The translations under genes and the position numbers were made by a program. This document shows positions 31,447 to 39,775 of a stretch of 64,000 nucleotides of DNA, piece by piece. The notes under the pieces were generated by a model. It saw nothing but the letters and a program-made list of their open reading frames with translations. It was not told the origin of the DNA and made no database searches. Every line of letters starts with the position of its first letter. Within the stretch, counting starts at the first letter, position 1. This DNA is from Candidatus Kuenenia stuttgartensis (lineage in GTDB: Bacteria > Planctomycetota > JAKEIC01 > DYIT01). The stretch spans positions 14,560-78,559 of the forward strand of contig DYIT01000004.1 in NCBI GenBank assembly GCA_020723505.1, given 5' to 3'.

Positions 31447-32712
31447 CTATTCCTCCGGCGGTTCCTCGGGAGGGATGACGACCGGTTCCGGCTCGATTTG
31501 GGTTCGCTTGGAGATGACGACCACTCCGCCCGGAGAGACGTAGTACTTCTCCCTGTCTTTTTCGAGGTCGAAGCCGATTTCGATTCTCTCGGGAATGACG
31601 ACCTCCTTGTCGATGATGGCCTTCTTGATTCGCGCATGCCTCGAGACGTGGACGTGGTCCATCAGGATGGATTTCTCGACCACCGCGAACGAGTTGACCC
31701 TCACGCCGGGCGAAAGGATGGACCTGCGGACCTCGCCGCCCGAGATGATGCACCCGGACGAGACGATGGAGTCGAAGGCAACGCCCCTTCTCCCGCCGGG
31801 CCAGTCCTGGGCGAACACGAACTTGGGCGGGGGCATCTGCGGCATGTGCGTCCTCAGGGGCCACTCGGGACTGTAGATGTCCAGTATGGGGGACACGCTC
31901 ACGAGGTCCATGCTCGCCTCGAAGAACGCGTCGACGGTGCCGACATCCCGCCAGTAATGGGGCTTGCCCGTCCCGGGGTCCGTGAAGTTGTACGCGTAGA
32001 CCGGCGCCTTGTCAATCATGCCCGGGATGATGTTCTTGCCGAAGTCATGTGCGGAGGAGTTGTCCCTCGCGTCCTCCAGGAGCACCTGCTCGAGGACGTC
32101 CCTGTTGAACACGTAGACGCCCATGGATGCCAGGCAGGCGCCCGGTTTTCCGGGGATTTCCGCGGGCTTCTTGGGCTTCTCCTGGAACCCGATGATTCGC
32201 CACTCCGGATCGACCTGCATGATTCCGAAGCTGCTTCCCTGCTGAACCGGGACCTCGATGGCGGCCACGGTGAGCACCGCCTTCTTCCGGAGGTGGAAAT
32301 CCAGGAGGAGGGTGTAGTCCATCTTGTAGATGTGGTCGCCCGAGAGAATGAACACGAATTCCGGCCCCTCCTCGATGATGTATCTCAGGTTCTGGTAGAT
32401 TGCGTCCGCCGTGCCGAGGTACCACGAATCCCTTACCCACTGGTGCGGGGAGAGGGGCATGACGAATTCGTCGAGGCTGTGGGGAAGGAATCCCCAGCCC
32501 TGGCGGAGATGCTTTATCAGGGAGACGGACTTGTACTGGGTGAGGACGAAAATCCTCCTGAGGCCCGAGTTGATGCAGTTGCTCAGGGTGAAGTCGATGA
32601 GCCTGTAGACTCCTCCGAACGGCACCGCGGGCTTCGCGCGCTGCTCTGTGAGCGGGCCCAGGCGTTCGCCGCGCCCGCCCGCGAGGAGCATCACCAGCGC
32701 CTTGTTCATCAT
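31447..32712 (-). CDS. glgC: Glucose-1-phosphate adenylyltransferase
   Basis: LAGGRGERLGPLTEQRAKPAVPFGG..RLIDFTLSNCINSG signature, and the left-handed beta-helix C-terminus. Start at MMNKALVMLLAGG, a 4-nt overlap with the pgi stop. The ORF track extends to 32883. Confidence 0.9.
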   Translation of the reverse strand: MMNKALVMLLAGGRGERLGPLTEQRAKPAVPFGGVYRLIDFTLSNCINSGLRRIFVLTQYKSVSLIKHLRQGWGFLPHSLDEFVMPLSPHQWVRDSWYLGTADAIYQNLRYIIEEGPEFVFILSGDHIYKMDYTLLLDFHLRKKAVLTVAAIEVPVQQGSSFGIMQVDPEWRIIGFQEKPKKPAEIPGKPGACLASMGVYVFNRDVLEQVLLEDARDNSSAHDFGKNIIPGMIDKAPVYAYNFTDPGTGKPHYWRDVGTVDAFFEASMDLVSVSPILDIYSPEWPLRTHMPQMPPPKFVFAQDWPGGRRGVAFDSIVSSGCIISGGEVRRSILSPGVRVNSFAVVEKSILMDHVHVSRHARIKKAIIDKEVVIPERIEIGFDLEKDREKYYVSPGGVVVISKRTQIEPEPVVIPPEEPPEE

Positions 32713-34091
32713 CGGACGGCCTCGATTTCCTTTCTTACCTTCTCCAGCCCTTCCTTGCCCAGCAGGGCGGCGGCCACGACTTTCCCGCGCTCCACTCCGG
32801 GCTGGTCGAACGGGTTGACGTTGTACAGCCTGCCTGCGAAGACCGTGGAAGCCATCAGCATCTGGAAAGCGTAGCCCGCGCAACGCTCGTCCACCCTGGC
32901 CAGGGTGAGCCTGGCGGTCGGCCTTTGGGCCTCCCTCAGCGCGACCTCGGTGCCTATGAACTCCGCTTCGAACAGCTCCGATATATTGTGCCCGCCAAGG
33001 TACGAAAGGCTCTTCATTTCGGGATACAGCTTTGGAATCTGCACGTCCGCCCCCGGGCTTCCCACCCTCAGGAACACGATGAACTTGTCGTTCGGCCCCT
33101 CGGCGTAGAGCTGAATCTGCGAATGCTGGTCGGTGGTGCCGAGCGCGCGTATGGGAGTCGAGCCGGCGAACACTTCCGACCCGTCCAGGGCGATGCGCTT
33201 GCCCAGGCTCTCGGCCCAGAGCTGCCTGAACCAGTCGGCGAGGTCGTAGAGCTTCTGCGAATACGAGAACAGCACGACGACCGGCTTGCTCCTGAGCGAA
33301 TGCATGGCATGGCAGGACGCGGCGAAGGAGTAGGCGGGGTTTTCCAGGGGCTTCAATTCAATCCAATCCCTGTCGAATTCCCTCGCGCCGCCCATCAGGG
33401 CATGGACGTCGATTCCGGCGGCGGCGGCGGGAAGGAGGCCGACCGCCGTGAAGAGCGAATACCTGCCTCCCACGTCCGGCGGGACCGGGAGGGTCCGGAA
33501 CCCCTCCTTCTTCGATATCGCGCGCAGGTCCCCCTTTTCCGGATCGGTCGTCACGAAGATGCGGCCGGCAAGCTTCCCGGGCGCGGCTTTCTTGATCATC
33601 CCGCAGGCGATGAGGAACTGCGCCATGGTTTCTGGAGTCGACCCGGACTTGGTGACGACGTTGAAGGCGGTGTTTCGGAGATCCAGCGACCCGAAGGTCT
33701 CCGATACGTAATCAGGGTCCACGTTGTCCACGATGTGGATGCGGAGCTTCCGGCCGGATTTCGCGCCCTTGCCCGCGGCCGGTGCGAGGGCGCTCAGCAG
33801 CGCCCTCGCGCCGAGGGCGGACCCGCCGATGCCAAGGACCACCAGGTCGCTGAACTCCTTCGCGATGTCCTCGGCCGCGCGGACCGAGGCTTCCTCGGCG
33901 GCGCCGTCATGGACGGCGTTGGCGAACCCGAATTTTCCGGCCTTTCGTTCGGCAATCAGGGCGGCGTGCTCCTTCTCGATTCTCTTCTCCATGGCTTTCG
34001 CCTCCGCCCCGGACAGGCCGTGCCTGCCCACCGCCTCGGAGAGGGCGTTCTTCGGATCAAAGGCCAGCGGTTTCTCGGATATTCCCGGCAT
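32709..34091 (-). CDS. pgi: Glucose-6-phosphate isomerase
   Basis: SIS-domain blocks VVLGIGGSALGARAL, FNVVTKSGSTPET, GGRYSLFTAVGLLPAAAAG and GTTDQHSQIQLY..GP. Start at MPGISEKPLAFDP; the ORF track extends to 34196. Confidence 0.85.
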   Translation of the reverse strand: MPGISEKPLAFDPKNALSEAVGRHGLSGAEAKAMEKRIEKEHAALIAERKAGKFGFANAVHDGAAEEASVRAAEDIAKEFSDLVVLGIGGSALGARALLSALAPAAGKGAKSGRKLRIHIVDNVDPDYVSETFGSLDLRNTAFNVVTKSGSTPETMAQFLIACGMIKKAAPGKLAGRIFVTTDPEKGDLRAISKKEGFRTLPVPPDVGGRYSLFTAVGLLPAAAAGIDVHALMGGAREFDRDWIELKPLENPAYSFAASCHAMHSLRSKPVVVLFSYSQKLYDLADWFRQLWAESLGKRIALDGSEVFAGSTPIRALGTTDQHSQIQLYAEGPNDKFIVFLRVGSPGADVQIPKLYPEMKSLSYLGGHNISELFEAEFIGTEVALREAQRPTARLTLARVDERCAGYAFQMLMASTVFAGRLYNVNPFDQPGVERGKVVAAALLGKEGLEKVRKEIEAVR

Positions 34092-34362
34092 GACATGACC
34101 CTTCAAAGCGCAAAAAGTCCAGAACCCGAGTATATTAACGATTAAGCTTTTTATCAACATAACCAGGACGAGCCCGGAAAGCGAAGGAGGGTTCATATCC
34201 GTATTCGGATTTAAATAGCCGCAAAGAGGCGCAAGAGGCGCAAATGGTGATTTCCGCTTGCCGACGGGGGCACGGAAGTGCGCGGTGAATTATCCGTTGC
34301 GGCGTGATAGTGGAATCCCATTCGCGTGAATTGGCGTTTATCAGCGGTTCCCCGGTTGCCGC

Positions 34363-34992
34363 TCAGGCACGTCGGGTGTTCTTTGAGTTGGCTATCATGC
34401 CGCCGCGGGTTTCCCTGGCGAGCCCGGAGTCGATGAGCAGCCGCCCGGCGGTTTCCGGCAGGAATTTCCCTCCGATGACCGCCGAATAGACCTGGGCAGC
34501 CTCGTCGAGGGTGAAGCGTCCGGGGAGGAATCGAACCGCGAAGCCGCGGAACAGCACGGCGGCAGAGAGCCTTTCCATCGCTTTTCCAAGTATGCCGGGG
34601 TGGTCGAAGGCGAGCCTGGGAGGCCTGCGGGCCGGGAACCAACCGGCCTTTGCGGCGTCGTCCCCGGCCCGGGCGGACGATTTGCTCCTAGCCACCGCGC
34701 CGAAGAATCCCACCGCTATCACCCGGCCTCTCGGATCGCGGCCGGGGTCGCCGAATACGTGGAACTGCTCCATCGCGACTCCCGAAAGCCCGGTCTCCTC
34801 GCGGAGTTCGCGCGCGGCGGCTTTCTCGAGCGGTTCTTCCATTTCGACGAAACCGCCCGGGAACGCCCATGCGCCCTTGAACGGAGGCCTGCCCCTCTTC
34901 ACGAGAAGGACCTCGAGGATTCCATCCCGGACGCGGAAGACCGCGCAGTCCACAGTGACCATGGGCCTCGGGTATTCGTACGTGTACGGCAT
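34363..34992 (-). CDS. Nudix hydrolase with a C-terminal NrtR-type winged-helix domain (Nudix-related regulator family)
   Basis: Nudix box GAWAFPGGFVEMEEPLEKAAARELREETG. C-terminal LAFDHPGILGKAMERL...FLPGRFTLDEAAQVYSAVIG matches the LAFDH..Il..A..RL....lLp..FTL.eLq.vYe.ilG block of NrtR. Confidence 0.7.
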   Translation of the reverse strand: MPYTYEYPRPMVTVDCAVFRVRDGILEVLLVKRGRPPFKGAWAFPGGFVEMEEPLEKAAARELREETGLSGVAMEQFHVFGDPGRDPRGRVIAVGFFGAVARSKSSARAGDDAAKAGWFPARRPPRLAFDHPGILGKAMERLSAAVLFRGFAVRFLPGRFTLDEAAQVYSAVIGGKFLPETAGRLLIDSGLARETRGGMIANSKNTRRA

Positions 34993-35006
34993 GCGTCAAT
35001 TCCAAA

Positions 35007-35816
35007 TCAGGAACCGCGGCGCTTGGATTCCATCATGGGCCTGACCGAGGAGACGCCGGATTTCACGGCCAGGATCTCGGCGAATATCGAGACTGCAATC
35101 TCCGCGGGCGTCTCGGCACCGATGTCGATTCCGACGGGCGCGCGCACGGCGCCGAGCTTCTCCGCGGGCGTACCTTCCTTCTGAAGCGCTGCGGTTATGG
35201 CCGCGACCTTTCTCGCGGATCCTATCATGCCCACGTAGAAGGCGCCGGTCCCAATCAGGTTCGCAAGAGCGGCTGCGTCTCCCGTGTGGGCCTCGGTGGC
35301 GATGACGATCGCCGTCCGGCCGTCCGCCAGCTCCCTCAGGGCCGGATCCCCGTACCCGGCGGTGCGCAGCGCAATCGCCTGCGGGAAGCGCTCTCTCGAC
35401 GAGAAAGCGGGCCTGTCGTCGGCGATCGCAACCTCCCACCCGAGCTGTTGCGCGAGCTTGTAGAGCTCGAGCCCGATGTGGCCCCCGCCCAGGATGAGCA
35501 GCCTCGGTCCGGCCCCGAAAGCCTCGATGAAGACGGTGACCTCGCCGCCGCATTCCGCGCCTATTCCGCCCTGCTTTTCCGGCCTGAGCGGGTATGTCCT
35601 GAGCGAAGTGCCGCCCGTGGCGAGGAGCGCCGCCGCGTCCTCGACGACCTTCTTCTCGAGGATGCCGCCGCCCACCGTTCCCTCGGAACGGCCGTCCTGA
35701 AACACGACCATCCTGGCGCCGGGCGCCCTGGGGGCCGAGCCGCTCGATGCGACCACGGTTGCGACCGCTGCCCGGGGCCGCTTCCTCAAGGATTCGGCTA
35801 TTTCGTCGTATTTCAT
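35007..35816 (-). CDS. xdhC: XdhC-family molybdoenzyme maturation protein
   Basis: N-terminal AVATVVASSGSAPRAPGARMVVFQDGRSEGTVGGGILE and Rossmann-like LLILGGGHIGLELYKLAQQLGWEVAIADDRP. Start at MKYDEIAESL; the ORF track extends to 36110. Confidence 0.75.
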   Translation of the reverse strand: MKYDEIAESLRKRPRAAVATVVASSGSAPRAPGARMVVFQDGRSEGTVGGGILEKKVVEDAAALLATGGTSLRTYPLRPEKQGGIGAECGGEVTVFIEAFGAGPRLLILGGGHIGLELYKLAQQLGWEVAIADDRPAFSSRERFPQAIALRTAGYGDPALRELADGRTAIVIATEAHTGDAAALANLIGTGAFYVGMIGSARKVAAITAALQKEGTPAEKLGAVRAPVGIDIGAETPAEIAVSIFAEILAVKSGVSSVRPMMESKRRGS

Positions 35817-36101
35817 GACCGTTGTTCCTACGGGAAACAAATGGCCGGTCCGCGCCCTCGGGCGCGGCTGCGGCGCGAAAATCGTCCCAGAAACTGCAAT
35901 GATGCGCAATACCGCAGACACTTCAATCAGTGAAGAGTCGCGCAGCGCGGGGGATGGACGGGAGACGGTTTGGAAAGCCGGGCGGTTTGGGGATGGGCGA
36001 GAAGGTTCGGATTTTCGAATGGCCGCAGGAGGCATAAAAAGCGCACGGGGGGTTGTGAAGCGATTCACAGCCGAAGACGCCGAAGGAAGGGAGGATGCAA
36101 T

Positions 36102-36286
36102 CCCCCTCACCCTTGCCCTCTCCCGCGGCGGGGAGAGGGTCGCTGCTCACGAAAGATCACCTCCGCGTCGTTGCGCTTGCGTGATCGTCTTGCTTATGAA
36201 GTCCAGTGCCGGATGTGGATGGATAGAAGACTCCGCCAATGTTCCCTCTCCCCCGGGGCTTCGAGGGAGAGGGAGGGGTGAGGGGG
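36102..36286. mobile_element. MITE-like element: two inverted copies of a CCCCCTCACCC/CCCTCTCCC hairpin module flanking ~100 bp
   Basis: Left (36102-36139): CCCCCTCACCC-TTG-CCCTCTCCC-GCGGC-GGGGAGAGGG. Right (36244-36286): CCCTCTCCC-CCGGGGCTTCGA-GGGAGAGGG-A-GGGGTGAGGGGG, the reverse complement of the same module. It lies in the 500-nt gap between xdhC and the yqeC-mocA fusion. Confidence 0.45.
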
Positions 36287-36313
36287 CGTAGACGGCAGGT
36301 GACGCCTGAAATA

Positions 36314-37669
36314 TCACTTCGACCCGCCCAGCCTCTCCAAATCGTCCCTGACGTCAACGTCCTGCTGCGTTGAGGGGTCCACGTCCACCGCAAGTACGCG
36401 ATCGCAGTTCGCTTCCATTATTCCCCTCGCCCCCCTGTCGCCCGGAATGACCTTGAGATCCGCGAAGAAACGCTTCCTGAAGACGGCGGGATGTCCGGGC
36501 GTTCCGGAGCAGACCGCGGCGCAGATGGATGCCGCGCTCCGGCGATAGGCATGCAGCACGGGCCCGATTGTCTCCGGGCCGGCAAGAGGCTTGTCGCCCA
36601 GCATGATGGCAGCGGAGTCAAAGCCTCGGCTTTCGACGGCCTCGATGCCCGCACGGACCGAGGAGCCCATCCCGCTGCGGAAGGCCGGATTGCGGACGAT
36701 TTCCACTCCATTCAAGGCCGCCTCGCCCAGAGAGAGGAGAAGCATATCCGCCTGGTGCCCGACGACGAGGAAAATCGAGTCGAAACCGGATGAACGCGCG
36801 TTCCGCAATACGGCGCCCAGGAGGGTTCCCCGTCCGAATCCGGCTGCGAGCTTGGGTGATCCGAACCTCTTGGATTCGCCCGCCGCCAGGATGACGCACG
36901 CCATGCGGTCCTTCGAGTTGTCGATGATGCGGACGAAGGCGCCGGGTTCCCGCAGGGAGGAAACCGCCACGCCGCCGAGAAGCGGGGAGTAGGCAGCCCT
37001 GGCATAAGCCTCGGCGGCGTCGGCCCCGCAGGCGTCGGCCTTGTTGACGAGAAGGAAGAGGGGCATGCGGCCGCCGAGCATGTAATACCCTCCCCTGCGC
37101 GCGACGATGCCGAAGGCCTCCGGACCGAGGATATCTCCCCGGGCGATGATTCCTGATTTGCAGGCTGCTTCCAGGTTGAAGAAATTGCCGTCGGAAACCG
37201 CGGCACCGAAGGAGTCGGCGCCGAAGACGACGAGCGTCTTGTTTGCGAATTCCGGCACGTCCGGCTCGTGGGCTGCGGGGATCTTCACGGGCTTTCCCCT
37301 GGACCCGTCCGACTCGAGTAACGAAACGTCGGCTGCCGAGACCAGCTTTCTGAGAATCGAGGCAGGAGGGCTCCCGACCTTTCCGGGCGCGGTTTCCACG
37401 CCCGTCACAAGGCAGGCCTCTTTGCATGCCCATGCGGAAAGGCATGCCCCTTCGATGCCGGAGAGGTCGGCTCCGGGGCCGATTCTGACCGTGCTCGGCA
37501 GGGTTTCGCGGGAGGAGAGGTGCGTGGTCGTGGAGCAGAGGACCCGGAACCTTCGTCCGAGTTCGGCGGCCATCCTGAACATGGCGGAGGTCTTGCCTCC
37601 CGCGCCGACGAAGGCTATCGAGTCGCCGCGCGAGACCCCCAGGAAATCAGCCAGTCCCTGTCCCTGCAT
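36314..37669 (-). CDS. Fusion of a YqeC-like selenium-dependent hydroxylase accessory protein (N-terminal) with a MocA/MobA-like molybdenum-cofactor nucleotidyltransferase (C-terminal)
   Basis: N-terminal P-loop-like IAFVGAGGKTSAMFRMAAEL and DGSRGKPVK as in YqeC. C-terminal ACVILAAGESKRFGSPKLAAGF.RGTLLGAVL...FLVVGHQAD as in MocA/MobA. Start at MQGQGLADF; the ORF track extends to 37711. 23-nt overlap with the cdd end. Confidence 0.7.
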   Translation of the reverse strand: MQGQGLADFLGVSRGDSIAFVGAGGKTSAMFRMAAELGRRFRVLCSTTTHLSSRETLPSTVRIGPGADLSGIEGACLSAWACKEACLVTGVETAPGKVGSPPASILRKLVSAADVSLLESDGSRGKPVKIPAAHEPDVPEFANKTLVVFGADSFGAAVSDGNFFNLEAACKSGIIARGDILGPEAFGIVARRGGYYMLGGRMPLFLLVNKADACGADAAEAYARAAYSPLLGGVAVSSLREPGAFVRIIDNSKDRMACVILAAGESKRFGSPKLAAGFGRGTLLGAVLRNARSSGFDSIFLVVGHQADMLLLSLGEAALNGVEIVRNPAFRSGMGSSVRAGIEAVESRGFDSAAIMLGDKPLAGPETIGPVLHAYRRSAASICAAVCSGTPGHPAVFRKRFFADLKVIPGDRGARGIMEANCDRVLAVDVDPSTQQDVDVRDDLERLGGSK

Positions 37670-38129
37670 TCCCTTTCCTCCTCCGGCGCCCCTTCGGGCC
37701 AGGTTCCGCACGCCCGCTTGCGCCGGGTTTCGCCATGCCCGTTCCAGCGCAGAATGGATCCCTGAGGAGGCTTCCGAGCCTCAATCTCCTGAGAATCCCG
37801 GACGTCGTGGCCATCAATACCTCGATGTCCGGCGCGAACTCGGCAATCGCCTGCAGGCAGGCCCCGCACGGGGCCATGGGAGCGGCCGCATCCACCACGA
37901 GGAGGAGCGCGTCGAAATCCCGCGCTCCGGCGGATACGGCCGCGCACAGCGCGCTGCGTTCCGCGCAGATTGTAAGGCCGAACGAGGCGTTCTCGACGTT
38001 GGCGCCGGAGAAAACCTCGCCCCGGGCCGAAAGGAGGGCGGCGCCGACCTTGAAGCCGGAATATGGGGCATGGGCGTTCTGTCGGGCGGCGGTCGCGGCC
38101 ATGAAGAGCTTTTTCGAGGCTCCGACCAT
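37647..38129 (-). CDS. cdd: Cytidine deaminase
   Basis: APYSGFKVGAALL, zinc ligand motifs CAERSA and PCGACLQ, and the family-typical ...LLRDPF end, followed by a ~30-aa Gly/Arg-rich tail. Confidence 0.85.
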   Translation of the reverse strand: MVGASKKLFMAATAARQNAHAPYSGFKVGAALLSARGEVFSGANVENASFGLTICAERSALCAAVSAGARDFDALLLVVDAAAPMAPCGACLQAIAEFAPDIEVLMATTSGILRRLRLGSLLRDPFCAGTGMAKPGASGRAEPGPKGRRRRKGNAGTGTG

Positions 38130-38186
38130 AAGTCACTCAAGCAAAAAGACACATGCAGGAACAAAAGGGATATTCGGCAAGGCGGT

Positions 38187-39008
38187 TCATCTTCCCCATC
38201 CGAGCTCCTCGAGAATCGCCTCGATGACCACGCCGGCGTTTTGCGAGGCTTTCCCGGCGGTCTCGAGGACTTCCGCGTGGGTCATCCGACAGCCGTCGCG
38301 GGAGGCGGCATGGTTTGTTATCACGGAAAGCCCTATTACGCGCATTCCGGCGTGGAAGCCTGCAATCGCCTCATGCACGGTGGACATTCCCACGGCGTCG
38401 GCCCCGAGCCTTCGCAGCATTTCGATTTCAGCCGGGCTTTCGTACGCGGGGCCGCGAACTCCGGCGTAGACCCCGCGGGATATTTCGACTCCCGCGGCAT
38501 AGGCGAACTTCGAAGCCTGTTCGATGAGCACCGGGTCCCACAGTGCCGCGAGGTCCGGGAATCTCTGGCCGAGGGAGTCGATGTTCGGGCCTTCGAGCGG
38601 GTTTTGGCCGGTGAAGTTGATATGGTCGCTTATGAGCATGAGGCTTCCCGGATCGAGGCCGGCGCGTATGCCGCCCGCCGCGTTGGTGAGAATAATGGCA
38701 GGGACGCCGAGCGCCGACATGACCCGGACGGGGAAGACCACTTCGTGAGGCGCCCATCCTTCGTACAGGTGGACCCTTCCCCTGAGCACGACTGCCGCTC
38801 CTCCCCCGAAGCCATGGACTTCGAGCGTTCCCTGGTGCCCTTCCACCGAGGGGGGCGGGAAACCGGGTATGTAGGCGAACGGGATGCTCGTAATGGGGCG
38901 GCGGGAGGCGGCGAATCCCGACAGGCCGGACCCAAGGACAACGGCGGCGGTCGGGCGGGCATCGAACGACTTCTTCACGGTTTCCGCAGCGCGGGCTATC
39001 AGACTCAT
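38187..39008 (-). CDS. punA: Purine nucleoside phosphorylase (trimeric PNP/PunA type)
   Basis: VVLGSGLSGFA, SVEGHQGTLE, GRVHLYEGW and ILTNAAGGI signature blocks. Start at MSLIARAAETV; the ORF track extends to 39146. Confidence 0.85.
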   Translation of the reverse strand: MSLIARAAETVKKSFDARPTAAVVLGSGLSGFAASRRPITSIPFAYIPGFPPPSVEGHQGTLEVHGFGGGAAVVLRGRVHLYEGWAPHEVVFPVRVMSALGVPAIILTNAAGGIRAGLDPGSLMLISDHINFTGQNPLEGPNIDSLGQRFPDLAALWDPVLIEQASKFAYAAGVEISRGVYAGVRGPAYESPAEIEMLRRLGADAVGMSTVHEAIAGFHAGMRVIGLSVITNHAASRDGCRMTHAEVLETAGKASQNAGVVIEAILEELGWGR

Positions 39009-39198
39009 GTATTCATCAGGGTCCGGGAATGAATCCACGTTATTCTCCGAAACACGACGGAGCCGCCGGGAAGACCGAATGCGCCGGAATCCCGTTATAA
39101 CATGCCGGTGACGCCGGTCAAGAATCTCGTTTCCCCTGGCCGGCACTCACGGAAGAGCGCTGCTTTCGTGTAGAATCTACCCGGGGCGGAGGTGCGAC

Positions 39199-39756
39199 AT
39201 GCGGTCCATGAGACTTGCGGTTGCCGTGCTGGCGGCGTTTTCATTTCCGGCGCCGCATGCGGCTTTGGGCGGAGACGAAGTCCGGGCGGCGGCGCTCAGG
39301 TATATCGATTCCGGCGGAACCGACGCGAGGGCGCTTCAAATAATTGAACGTGCGGGTGACGCGGCGCTCCCGGTCGTGCGCGCGATTGCCGCCGAAGGAA
39401 GGAAATACGCTCCCGCGCCCAAAGGGATAATCGAGGGCTTCGCGAAACTGACTCTCGATCCCGGGTTCGAGGTGAAATACTCGCTCTACGTGCCGGACGC
39501 ATACGACCCTGCCGTTCCGTGTCCGCTGCTTCTGTACGTGCACGGGACCCACTCGTCGGGAGGGGAGGCGCTCAAGTCGGTCCTGCCCGGTTTCCGAGAC
39601 GATGTTCGATATCGCGAAGCCGATAGAGACGGTGGTGAACGGAAGGAGCGCATTCAAGGCAGTCGTGAAGCCATCTGCGCCGTACATGCTCAAATACATG
39701 GCCGCAACTTGCGACTGGTCGGCTGTCTACGTAAACGAAATAAAAGTAAAGGCTGA
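39199..39756 (+). pseudogene. Probable remnant of a secreted alpha/beta-hydrolase (esterase/PHB-depolymerase-like); only the N-terminal ~130 aa look genuine
   Basis: Signal peptide MRSMRLAVAVLAAFSFPAPHA and the block YSLYVPDAYDPAVPCPLLLYVHGTHSSGG are family-like. After ~39590 the frame decays into Arg/Lys-rich sequence with no nucleophile-elbow GxSxG. The DNA composition there drops, and a different frame (39602-39760) reads as an unrelated 52-aa peptide. Confidence 0.4.
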
Positions 39757-39775
39757 GTGACTGATCGGCGGTTTT

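Noticed and set aside
34197-34362. Possible ncRNA or regulatory element in the pgi to Nudix spacer (GAGGCGCAA tandem 9-mer)
   Set aside because: There is only a two-unit micro-repeat, with no convincing stem-loops or promoter motifs.
37107-39032. 641-aa plus-strand ORF spanning yqeC-mocA, cdd and the PNP gene
   Set aside because: It is a shadow ORF antisense to three genes that have clear family motifs. The sequence is low-complexity and Arg/Gly/Pro-rich, with no motif.
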